Origin: Candidatus Cloacimonadales bacterium
Lineage (GTDB): Bacteria; Cloacimonadota; Cloacimonadia; Cloacimonadales; JAFGVF01
NCBI GenBank assembly: GCA_963662585.1
Contig: OY759729.1
Coordinates: forward strand, 2,048,001 to 2,112,000
DNA length: 64,000 nucleotides
Direction: 5' to 3'
The notes beneath the pieces are model-generated. The model was not told where the DNA came from and searched no databases. It worked only from the letters and a program-made list of their open reading frames with translations. The position numbers were made by a program, and so were the translations under genes. This document shows, one piece after another, positions 19,155 to 28,450 of this stretch. Numbering within the stretch: the stretch's first letter is position 1; every line of letters starts with the position of its first letter.

Positions 19155-22079
19155 ATGAATTTAGAAGTAGGAAAAGTTTACGAGAACTTTGAACTAAAAT
19201 GGATTAAAGAGATAAAAGAGATAAATAACAAATTATATTTTTTCAAGCATAAGAAAAATGGGGCAGAGCTGATATATTTTGAAAATGATGATATAAATAA
19301 AGTATTTACTATTGGCTTTAAAACACTGCCTGAAGATTCTTGTGGTACTCCTCATATCTTAGAACATTCAGTATTAAATGGTTCTCGCAAGTATCCTTGC
19401 AAAGAGCCTTTTATGGAACTTGTCAAAGGTTCTTTAAAGACTTTCATTAATGCTATGACTGCTTCTGATAAAACTATGTACCCTGTTGCAAGTACCAATC
19501 AGAAAGATTTTATGAACCTAATGGATGTTTATCTTGATGCTGTTTTATATCCAAAGATATATGATACTGAAGAGATTTTCTTACAAGAAGGTTGGCATCA
19601 TGAAATCTTCAATAAGGAAGATGATGTTATTTTCAATGGTGTTGTATATAATGAAATGAAAGGTGCTTTCTCTTCTCCTGAATCAATAATCTATCGAAAA
19701 ATTCAAGGTGTTTTGAATCCTGATAATTGTTATAGTTTTGAGTCTGGTGGAGACCCAGATGTAATCCCTGAATTGTCTTATGAGAAATTCTTGAATTTCC
19801 ACAGAAGATATTATCATCCAAGCAACAGTTATATCGCTCTTTATGGTGATTTAGATTTAGATGCTGCCTTGAAAAAGATTGATAATGAGTATTTAAGTAA
19901 TTTTGATCTACTAAAAATAGACACAGATATCCCTTTACAAAAGCCTTTCCTTGAAGCTGTTGAAAACAAAGACTTCTATCCTGTAGGTCAAGAAGATTCT
20001 TTAGATAATAAAACTTATGTTTGCCATGGCTATAGTGTTGGTAATGTTAAAGATGCAACAACCAATATGGGAATAGGTTTGCTAAGCAATATTCTCATAG
20101 ATATGGAAGGTGCACCCCTTAAAGAAGCTCTTCTTGAAGCAGGTTTAGGACAAGATGTATTTTCTATTCACGACAACTCTATCCAACAACCAATCTTAAG
20201 CTTTGTAGTAAAAAATACCAATGAAGCTGAAAAAGATAGAATTGCTCAAATCATTAATGATACTCTTGCTAAATTAGTGAAAGAGGGAATTGATAAAAAA
20301 CTTATTGAAGCTGTGATTAATTCTCATGAATTCCAATTACGCGAATCTGATACTCGTGGCTATCCTAAAGGTCTTATGTATCAAATGATGGCATTTAATG
20401 GTTGGATGCATTGTGATGACCCTAAGTTATATTTAGAGTTTGAAGATATATTGACTTATATCAGAAAAGCTGCTCAAGATGGCTATTTCGAACAACTAAT
20501 ACAAGAGTATATTCTAAATAATAAACATCAAGCAGTGATTCTTCTATTACCTAAAAAAGGTCTTACAGAAGAGAAGAATAATAAACTAAAAGAATCTCTT
20601 GCAGACTATAAGAAAACTCTTACTGATGCTGATTTAGATAAACTTATTGCTAAAAATGAGAAACTTAGACTTCGTCAGCAAACTCCAGACACTGAAGAAG
20701 AGTTAGCTAAAATACCTCATATTGAATTATCAGATATTAGTCCTAGCCCTCTCCCAGTTGATTTTACTGTAGCTCAAGAAGATGATTTCAAATATTTAGA
20801 AGTTGATTCTCCTACTAATAAAATATCTTATGTAAGATTAGATTTTAATGCTAAAGTGCTCGAGAGAGAAGATTGGAACTGGTTAGGTTTGTTAGACACT
20901 CTTCTTACAAAAGTTGATACTAAGAACTACCTATATAATGAATTATCAAATGAAATTCATATCAATCTTGGTGCTTTTTCTACTAATTGTGATTTTACTC
21001 CAGCTCAGGAAGGTAGAAATGACTATAGTATTACTTTCAAAGTCTTTATTAAATCTTTGCTTTCCAAGATAGACTTTATTCCTAAATTCTTAGAAGAAAT
21101 TCTTTTAAAATCTAAATTTGATAATAAGAATCGTATCCAACAAGTTATTAGAGAAATTAAATCTCGTCTAGAAATGATGATGCTACAAACAGGTCATGTC
21201 TTGGCTATCAATCAAGGCAGAGCTCAGTTAAGAGCTGAATATGATTTCGCTAACGAAACTTCAGGTTATAGATTCTATAAATTTATCTGTGATTTAGAAA
21301 AGAACTTTGATGATAAATTTACCTGTATTGGAGAAAAACTAAGTGAAGTTAGTAAGAAGATTTTCCAAAAAGGATTTATTCTAGGTATTGCTGGAGAAAA
21401 AGAAGACAACATAGCCGTTAAGAATGAAGTAGCTAAGTTTGTTGAAAAGCTAGCTCCAGCGAAAGCTGATTTACCTAAAATTGCTTTCCAAAAATCCCAT
21501 AAGCATATCGCTCTTACTGCTCCGATAAATGTTCAATATACTGGCTTAATCAATGATTATGAAGAGGTTGGAATGAAATATAAGGGTAGTATCACAGTGA
21601 TAAATAATATTCTTAGTTCAGAATATCTCTACAATAATATTAGAGTTCAAGGTGGAGCTTACGGTGCTATTTTAGCTTTTGGTGATGGTGGACACTTCTC
21701 ACTTGTCTCCTACCGTGACCCAAATCTAGCTAGAACTTATAAGGTTTATGAAGGAATTCCAGAATTTCTTAAGAACTATCATGCTTCTGAAGCTGAAATG
21801 ACAAAACAAATCATTGGTTCAGTAGCTAATAATGATATTCCTCAATCTCCAAGAATGCTCTTAGATACTTCTTTCCATTTTAACTATGCTAATATTACTC
21901 CTGAGTATAGACTAAAATACAGAACTCAACTTCTTAATACTAGTGTTGAAGATGTTAGAGCTGAGGCTGATTATTTCCTAAAAGCCATGGAAAATGGTAT
22001 CAGAGTTACTACTGGAAGTAATGCTAAAATTCAAGAAGATAAAGAATTTTTCGATCATATTGAAAATATCTTCGAATAA
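19155..22079 (+). CDS. M16C (insulinase / presequence protease-like) zinc metallopeptidase
   Basis: Inverted zinc motif HILEHSVLNGS, plus INAMT, QEGWH, GVVYNEMKG, SGGDP, IRVQGGAYG and SYRDPN. Confidence 0.92.
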   Translation: MNLEVGKVYENFELKWIKEIKEINNKLYFFKHKKNGAELIYFENDDINKVFTIGFKTLPEDSCGTPHILEHSVLNGSRKYPCKEPFMELVKGSLKTFINAMTASDKTMYPVASTNQKDFMNLMDVYLDAVLYPKIYDTEEIFLQEGWHHEIFNKEDDVIFNGVVYNEMKGAFSSPESIIYRKIQGVLNPDNCYSFESGGDPDVIPELSYEKFLNFHRRYYHPSNSYIALYGDLDLDAALKKIDNEYLSNFDLLKIDTDIPLQKPFLEAVENKDFYPVGQEDSLDNKTYVCHGYSVGNVKDATTNMGIGLLSNILIDMEGAPLKEALLEAGLGQDVFSIHDNSIQQPILSFVVKNTNEAEKDRIAQIINDTLAKLVKEGIDKKLIEAVINSHEFQLRESDTRGYPKGLMYQMMAFNGWMHCDDPKLYLEFEDILTYIRKAAQDGYFEQLIQEYILNNKHQAVILLLPKKGLTEEKNNKLKESLADYKKTLTDADLDKLIAKNEKLRLRQQTPDTEEELAKIPHIELSDISPSPLPVDFTVAQEDDFKYLEVDSPTNKISYVRLDFNAKVLEREDWNWLGLLDTLLTKVDTKNYLYNELSNEIHINLGAFSTNCDFTPAQEGRNDYSITFKVFIKSLLSKIDFIPKFLEEILLKSKFDNKNRIQQVIREIKSRLEMMMLQTGHVLAINQGRAQLRAEYDFANETSGYRFYKFICDLEKNFDDKFTCIGEKLSEVSKKIFQKGFILGIAGEKEDNIAVKNEVAKFVEKLAPAKADLPKIAFQKSHKHIALTAPINVQYTGLINDYEEVGMKYKGSITVINNILSSEYLYNNIRVQGGAYGAILAFGDGGHFSLVSYRDPNLARTYKVYEGIPEFLKNYHASEAEMTKQIIGSVANNDIPQSPRMLLDTSFHFNYANITPEYRLKYRTQLLNTSVEDVRAEADYFLKAMENGIRVTTGSNAKIQEDKEFFDHIENIFE

Positions 22080-22101
22080 ATAAATTAATTTAACAGATAC
22101 T

Positions 22102-22138
22102 AAGACTCCTGTTTTCGAGAGAATACGGGAGTCTTTTT
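22102..22138 (+). terminator. Intrinsic terminator after the M16 peptidase gene
   Basis: Stem AAGACTCC...GGAGTCTT followed by a T tract. Confidence 0.7.
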
Positions 22139-22542
22139 CTTTATTTACCCTACACATTGGGTGCACTTTCTTTGCTCCTTCTCACTTAAAACAAATAAAC
22201 TTCGAATAATTATTGTTTTGAGTGAGAAGGAGCAAGGGAGGATCAATCGAAGACCAAGTGATTTTATGGAATGGAAGCGTCCCTGTTCCTAGCAAGCTGA
22301 AGTCAGTCTGCTCTTAATTTTCCTAATAATACAAGACTAGTGATTCAAAATTTTTCATTTACAGGAAGTGAAGCTAATTATTTTTTAAGGAATAATTATT
22401 GCATTAGTAGGGTGTAAGCAATTGGTAAAAATGCATTTGGGAAGTATAATTTGCTGATTTATCAGAATTTACTTTACTCTAAATAGTATTTGTATATGAT
22501 TGCAACAAAGAAGAATTTTTAATTAAAGGGAAGGATAAATTA

Positions 22543-25500
22543 ATGAAAAGACTTGTGATTACTTACGCTATTTTACTATCTATGATAGCACTTTTAGCTG
22601 ACATCAACTTAACAGTAGAGCTTGATAGACCGCAATTTAAAGGAAATAGTTTTACGAAAGATTTACCTCTTAAACAGGTAGCAGGGGCACCTCTATTACC
22701 TTTTTATCCGGCAAAAATACTTTTACCTCAAGGAGAAGAGATTGAATCTATTGAAGTTATTCTTACACAATCTTCTACTCTAAGAAATAACATTACTATT
22801 GAACATACACAGCAACAACAACCTATAAGTAGAGAAAACTTTGAGTTAACAAGTCGAAATGATGAAATCTATAATACTGATAGAGCTTATCCTTATGAAG
22901 ATTATCGTTTCTTAGGAATGCAAAATCTTAATGGTTACTCCATTGCTATCGTTAATATCTATCCTTACAAATATAATCCGGTTACCAAAACTTTAAACTA
23001 TTATCAAGTTGCAGATATTAATATCACAACAAAAGATTCAGATACACAAGCACAAATTCAGATAATGGACTTCGCAAAAGTCGCCAAGAAACTAAATAAT
23101 AAAGTCTTAAATAGCCAAGTAAGTTCAAGTTATAGAGAAATAGCTGTAACTTCATCGAGAAATATTGATTTAACAACTCCCCATGAAATGATTATTATTA
23201 CTAGTAGCACTTTGGTTGAAACCATGCAATATTTTGCTGATTGGAAGAATAGCCAGGGTATTTCTACAATGATAGTCGAAACTAGTGATATCTATCCTAA
23301 TTATAATGGTGTTGATAATCCAGCAAAAATTAAGAATTTCATTAGAGAAGCTTATAATAGCTGGGCAAATACTTCTACACCTTTAGAGTATGTTATCTTG
23401 GGTGGAGATGATGAAGTTGTTCCTTATAGAGGAGTATATGGTACTGTGGGTTCTACAATAGACTATTCTATGCCATCAGATTTGTATTTTGCTTGTTTAG
23501 ATGGTTCTTGGGATGATAATGGAAATGGTATCTATGCTGATGAAAATGAACTGATAGATCTAAGTCCTGAAATTTCAGTTGGAAGAATGCCTGCTGAAAC
23601 CCCTGCAGAATTTAATAGATTATTTAACAAAATTATATCTTACGGTAGCACAAATAATTACGCTGATAATGTGGCTGTAATGTATGGTGAAAATCTAAAT
23701 AACGACCCTCTTACTTGGGGTGGCGATTATAAAGATGAAATTGTGGATAGAATGCCTTCAGATTACTTAATCAAAACAAGATATCAAAGAGACGGTAATT
23801 TTAGTTCTCAAGATGTGACTTCAGCAATTAATGAGAATGCTACTATTATGAATCATATGGGACATGCAAATGAAAATACTGTTTGTGGTTTAAATGCTTC
23901 TTCAGCTAATAGTATGCTTACTAATACTCAATATAGTTTCCTTTATAGTCAAGGATGCTATCCTGCTGCTTTTGATAGTAGTACTAGTGGTGGAACAGAT
24001 GGAGAAACTGAATCTGTAGCAGAACATTTAGTGATAGGAGAGCATGGATTGCATACTTTTATCGGAAATACTCGTTATGGTTGGTATTACCCAGGATCTA
24101 CTGATGGTGCTTCTCAATTCTTTGATAGATCATTCTTCGATGCAATGTTTATCTATGATATGAGAGAGATAGGTAAATCACATAATTATTCACTCTTAGA
24201 CAATTTAAACTCTGCTTTAGAAAGCACTGTAATGAAATGGTGCTACATGGAAATCGTGATTTTTGGAGACCCCTCTTTAGCAGTTAAAGAATTTAATAAT
24301 GAATTAGCTTATATAGATATAGAAAATATCGAGTATGTTGATGTTATCGGAGATGGTGATGGAAATATTAATCCAGGAGAAACAATTGAATTAGAAGTTG
24401 AACTTAACAATCTTGCTGGTTGGGGTTCTGCAAATAGTGTAGTTTTAGACTTGTCTATTGCAGATGAGCGTTTTGAAATTATAAATAATCAAACTACAGT
24501 TGGACCACTTCCTGCAGCTAGTAATTTATTAGTAAATACTAATGCTCCTTCTTTCTCAGTACCGAGTTCAATTCCATTTTCTTCCTTTGATTATACTATT
24601 ACTGTAACAGGCTATAACTCCGATAATGAAGTTATTTTTACTAAAGCTTATGATTTTAAATTTGACATTACTTTAATGGCTAACAACTTCCCTCAAGAAT
24701 ACTCAATTGGTAGCAAATCTGCTCCTGTCTATTTAGATTATAACAATGATGACGAGAATGAATTAGTTTATCTGGATACTTATGGAAATTTAAAAATAAT
24801 TAATCTCGCAGGTGAAATTATCTTAGAAGAAACTAGTGAAGTACAAGAGAACATTTTTTCAAGTTATGCAATAACTGATTATAATGGTGCTCCTACTATT
24901 GTTTATGCTTCTAGAACAAACAACTTAGTAGCTCAAGAAATTGGTGGTGATGTCCTCTTTAGATATAATTCTGGTTCTCAGTTCATTACTTCTCCAATCA
25001 TTGCTGATGTTAATGGTGACGGAATAGAAGAAATTATTGCTACGAATTTAAATAAAGAAGTGATAGTGATGAGTTTTGAAGGTCAAATGCTTCCTAACTT
25101 CCCAATAGAATTAGATGTATTTACTGTTTATGAATTAGCTTCAGCTGATCTTAATGGTGATAATAAAGCTGATATCGTGATAGCAACTAATGACAATCAA
25201 CTTTATGCTATTGATTATCAAGGAACAAATTTACCAAACTATCCTGTTACTCTGCCAAATACTAATATGACAGCTCCTTTAATAACTAGTGATAGAATCA
25301 TTGTCGGTTCTTTAAATAACCTCTACTCTTTAAATTACGCTGGTGAAATTATGCATCAGTTTGAAGTAAGTGGTGTGCCTGTAATGCCTATCGCTAATGA
25401 TTTCAATGCTGATGGATATGTTGATTATGGCTTCGCTACTTCTACAAGAAAGCTCTATATTGTTTCTGAAAATGGACAAATATTAGAAGGTTTCCCAAAA

Positions 25501-26145
25501 ATACTATTAAAAAATTCTCAAACTCCAGCTCTTTCAACTGATGTAAATGGAGATGAATACCCAGAAATTATCTGTTTTGATAGTAGTAGCAATATCTATA
25601 TTTATGATTATCTAGGCGAAAGTTTAACTAATTTCCCATTTGCAGCAAATCTTGCTACTGCAAACCCTGCTACACTTGGAGATATTTATGGTAATGGAGA
25701 ATGGAGCTTTGTCTTAGGATATACTCAAGGAATTGGTTTGGCAAATCTCAAACTACCTATTAATGAGGAAGTTCCTTCTTGGTTAACTTACAGAAATAAC
25801 TATCATAGAACAGCTTTTATGAATACTTCATTTGCTGTTTCTAATCATGGTTCAGATGCTGAAGTTCTTACTACTGCCTTATCAGGAAATTATCCTAATC
25901 CTTTTAACCCTGAAACTACTATTGCTTTCTCACTTGAAAAAGCAGGAAGTGTAAAACTTGAAGTCTATAATATTAAAGGACAAAAAGTTATAACCTTAGC
26001 AAATGGTAATATGGATAAAGGAAGACATAATGTTGTCTGGAATGGTAGAGATAATAATGGAAGAAAAGTATCTTCAGGTCTTTATCTTTACCGCTTAAAG
26101 ACAGAAAAAGAAGAATTTAATAGTAAGATGATTTTGATGAAATAA
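22543..26145 (+). CDS. Secreted C25 (gingipain-like) cysteine peptidase with FG-GAP-like repeats and a FlgD-Ig/CTD tail
   Basis: Signal peptide, propeptide, YVILGGD, SDLYF, VGRMP, likely catalytic His (NHMGH) and Cys (SQGC), FGDP, DxNGDG repeats and a C-terminal NYPNPFNP...WNGRD...SGLYLY...KMILMK. Confidence 0.88.
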   Translation: MKRLVITYAILLSMIALLADINLTVELDRPQFKGNSFTKDLPLKQVAGAPLLPFYPAKILLPQGEEIESIEVILTQSSTLRNNITIEHTQQQQPISRENFELTSRNDEIYNTDRAYPYEDYRFLGMQNLNGYSIAIVNIYPYKYNPVTKTLNYYQVADINITTKDSDTQAQIQIMDFAKVAKKLNNKVLNSQVSSSYREIAVTSSRNIDLTTPHEMIIITSSTLVETMQYFADWKNSQGISTMIVETSDIYPNYNGVDNPAKIKNFIREAYNSWANTSTPLEYVILGGDDEVVPYRGVYGTVGSTIDYSMPSDLYFACLDGSWDDNGNGIYADENELIDLSPEISVGRMPAETPAEFNRLFNKIISYGSTNNYADNVAVMYGENLNNDPLTWGGDYKDEIVDRMPSDYLIKTRYQRDGNFSSQDVTSAINENATIMNHMGHANENTVCGLNASSANSMLTNTQYSFLYSQGCYPAAFDSSTSGGTDGETESVAEHLVIGEHGLHTFIGNTRYGWYYPGSTDGASQFFDRSFFDAMFIYDMREIGKSHNYSLLDNLNSALESTVMKWCYMEIVIFGDPSLAVKEFNNELAYIDIENIEYVDVIGDGDGNINPGETIELEVELNNLAGWGSANSVVLDLSIADERFEIINNQTTVGPLPAASNLLVNTNAPSFSVPSSIPFSSFDYTITVTGYNSDNEVIFTKAYDFKFDITLMANNFPQEYSIGSKSAPVYLDYNNDDENELVYLDTYGNLKIINLAGEIILEETSEVQENIFSSYAITDYNGAPTIVYASRTNNLVAQEIGGDVLFRYNSGSQFITSPIIADVNGDGIEEIIATNLNKEVIVMSFEGQMLPNFPIELDVFTVYELASADLNGDNKADIVIATNDNQLYAIDYQGTNLPNYPVTLPNTNMTAPLITSDRIIVGSLNNLYSLNYAGEIMHQFEVSGVPVMPIANDFNADGYVDYGFATSTRKLYIVSENGQILEGFPKILLKNSQTPALSTDVNGDEYPEIICFDSSSNIYIYDYLGESLTNFPFAANLATANPATLGDIYGNGEWSFVLGYTQGIGLANLKLPINEEVPSWLTYRNNYHRTAFMNTSFAVSNHGSDAEVLTTALSGNYPNPFNPETTIAFSLEKAGSVKLEVYNIKGQKVITLANGNMDKGRHNVVWNGRDNNGRKVSSGLYLYRLKTEKEEFNSKMILMK

Positions 26146-26202
26146 AGAAGAATGCAGGGGGAGTATTGCTCTACTCCTCTAGTAGAAGATAAATAAAAAT
26201 TG

Positions 26203-26226
26203 AAGCCCTGGTAACTCAGGGCTTTT
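26203..26226. terminator. Terminator hairpin between the convergent C25 peptidase and ATPase genes
   Basis: AAGCCCTG-gtaact-CAGGGCTTTT. Confidence 0.65.
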
Positions 26227-26286
26227 CCTATTCAACTCTCTTTTCGAATGTTTAAAACTGGTAAGAAAAAACTTAAGTGACAAAGT

Positions 26287-27402
26287 CTAAATAATAACAA
26301 ATTCTCGGAAATTATTTTTGTTGATGAGTTTAGTCTCAGCCTTATAGTTGTTTATAAAAGAAGTAGGGAATTTGACATTATCCTTGCTCCATTTAAACTC
26401 AAAAGCGTAGATATCATCAGCCTTGATTTCTACTAAGTCTATCTCTTGTTGTTGTTTGGTACGCCAGAAATACATCTTTGTGAAAGGGTTTTTATATTTA
26501 TTCTGTTTTAATCTTTCAGATATTAAGAAGTTTTCCCATAGAGCACCCTTATCTTCTCTTAAATCTAAAGGTTTAAAATTGCCAATAATGGTATTCCTAA
26601 CTCCATTGTCATAGAAATATATCTTTTTATTCTTCTTGATTTCATTTCTCAAGTTCCTGCTAAAGCTATCTAAACGAAAAATAACGAATCCCTTTTCTAA
26701 AATATCAATATAGTTTTGGACAGTATTTTTACTGATGCCAATTAATTGAGAAAGTTCATTATAGTTTACTTCACTGCTCATTTGTAGAGCAAGGGCCTGA
26801 AGAAGTTGTTCTAATACTTCAGGTTTTCTTAATCCAGAAAAAGCTAGAATATCCCTATAAAGATAACTATTCACTAACTCAGATAAAACCTCCTGCTCTT
26901 CACCAGGGTTATTAATGACCTCAGGATATAATCCATAAAGTAATCGACTCTCTAATTGTTGTTCAGATTTAATAAGACCTATATTATTTTGATGCTCTTC
27001 CCAGGTAATTGGAAAAAGTTCATACTCCCATTTCCTCCCAGTTAAAGGTTCATTCAAGGCATTACCTAAATCGAAAGAAGAAGATCCACAAACTAATAGC
27101 TGGACATCTTTAAACTGGTCAGTAATTATTTCCAAAGTTAAGCCTATCTTATCTATTCTTTGGGCTTCATCAAGGAAAATAATTTTATGTTTACCAATGA
27201 TAGATCTAATTTCTTCAGTTGATGGTTCAGACATTAAATTTCTAACTGTAGGGTCATCACCATCTAAAAACAAGAAATCTTTCTCATTTAAGAGGCTCTT
27301 TATTAAAGTTGTCTTGCCTACCTGTCTGGCTCCAATTATGATAATAGCTTTGCCTCGATTAAGCTTTTTCAATATTACTTTTTCTAAATATCTGTCTATC
27401 AT
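26287..27402 (-). CDS. AAA+ ATPase (AAA_14-like) with DUF4143-like C-terminus
   Basis: Walker A GARQVGKT, Walker B IFLDEAQ, GSS, LTGR, YGLYPE, K.YFYDNG, G.LWEN, and YFWRT...EIDL...AFEFK resembling a PD-(D/E)xK motif. Confidence 0.88.
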   Translation of the reverse strand: MIDRYLEKVILKKLNRGKAIIIIGARQVGKTTLIKSLLNEKDFLFLDGDDPTVRNLMSEPSTEEIRSIIGKHKIIFLDEAQRIDKIGLTLEIITDQFKDVQLLVCGSSSFDLGNALNEPLTGRKWEYELFPITWEEHQNNIGLIKSEQQLESRLLYGLYPEVINNPGEEQEVLSELVNSYLYRDILAFSGLRKPEVLEQLLQALALQMSSEVNYNELSQLIGISKNTVQNYIDILEKGFVIFRLDSFSRNLRNEIKKNKKIYFYDNGVRNTIIGNFKPLDLREDKGALWENFLISERLKQNKYKNPFTKMYFWRTKQQQEIDLVEIKADDIYAFEFKWSKDNVKFPTSFINNYKAETKLINKNNFREFVII

Positions 27403-27513
27403 GATATCCTCTTTAATGTTGTTTAACTATAAATATATATCTATTAGTTAATAGGCTTCTATAATGTCAATAGTTATTTTGTAAAAGAAGATAATGTTAA
27501 TAGAATAAAATAC

Positions 27514-27590
27514 AACTATCTGTCAGTATACTGACTAAAAGTTATAACTATTTGTCAGTACGATGACTAAAAGTTATAACTTTTAGTCAT
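27514..27590. repeat. Phased array of five alternating 12-bp half-sites containing a perfect 28-bp palindrome
   Basis: AACTATCTGTCA (27514), TGACTAAAAGTT (27532), AACTATTTGTCA (27546), TGACTAAAAGTT (27564), AACTTTTAGTCA (27578). ATGACTAAAAGTTATAACTTTTAGTCAT (27563-27590) equals its own reverse complement. Confidence 0.9.
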
Positions 27591-27815
27591 TAGGTAGGCC
27601 GATATATCTGATTAGTGGTTAGGATTTTGTCTTAATAATTCTCGTATTATAATAGTAAAAATAATAAAATCTTGACAGTTTTGGACTCTTCAAGTTCATA
27701 TTAACACAAATAATAAAAATTCATAATGAATTATCTTTCAAAGAATTAAGATCTTCTTTCTGGAGAAGAAACAGATTCTTTAAAGGAATATTGTGATAGA
27801 TTAGGAGTTGAATAA

Positions 27816-28442
27816 ATGTTAGATATTATCAGGCTTCGGTTATACCAAAACTGGGGTTATCAGAGCTTAAAAAAAGGTAAACATGAAAAAGCATTGAGAC
27901 ATTTTGAGAAAGCATTATTGATATCTCAAGAAGTCTCAATAATCTTTAATTATGTTGTAGCACTATCCGCTGTCGGAAAATACAGTGATGCTTACCCCTA
28001 TCTATCTAAAATACTAACTGAATATAAGGATAATGAGATGGCTCTTTCCATGATGCTTTGGGTATGTATGATGCTCAGAAAGTGGGATGAAGCTGTTGAT
28101 TTGTGCGAGAAAATCAGACTGCAATTTCCTTCTAATCAAGAATTTATTCATTTATATGATATACTTCAAAATGAAGAAGTTAGAGAAAAGTTTGTAGCTG
28201 CTCAAGACTTAATAAAACAGGCTGACCAAAAAATGATAAAAAAACAATACTCAGATTCTATAAACTTGCTCAAGCAAGCCTTAGAGATAAATCCTGACGA
28301 AGCACTTGCTTACAATAATTTAGCATCTATCCATTACTCATTGAAAAAAAAAGAAGAAGCCAAATTATATATCAAAAAAGCTGTTGAGTTAGACCCCTTA
28401 AATTCCAAGTATAAAAAGAATTTGAGAATTATTGATAAATAG
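27816..28442 (+). CDS. Tetratricopeptide-repeat protein
   Basis: TPR-like repeats such as ALEINPDEALAYNNLASIHYSLKKKEEAKLYIKKAVELDP. RBS aggag. Confidence 0.85.
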   Translation: MLDIIRLRLYQNWGYQSLKKGKHEKALRHFEKALLISQEVSIIFNYVVALSAVGKYSDAYPYLSKILTEYKDNEMALSMMLWVCMMLRKWDEAVDLCEKIRLQFPSNQEFIHLYDILQNEEVREKFVAAQDLIKQADQKMIKKQYSDSINLLKQALEINPDEALAYNNLASIHYSLKKKEEAKLYIKKAVELDPLNSKYKKNLRIIDK

Positions 28443-28450
28443 AGGATAAG

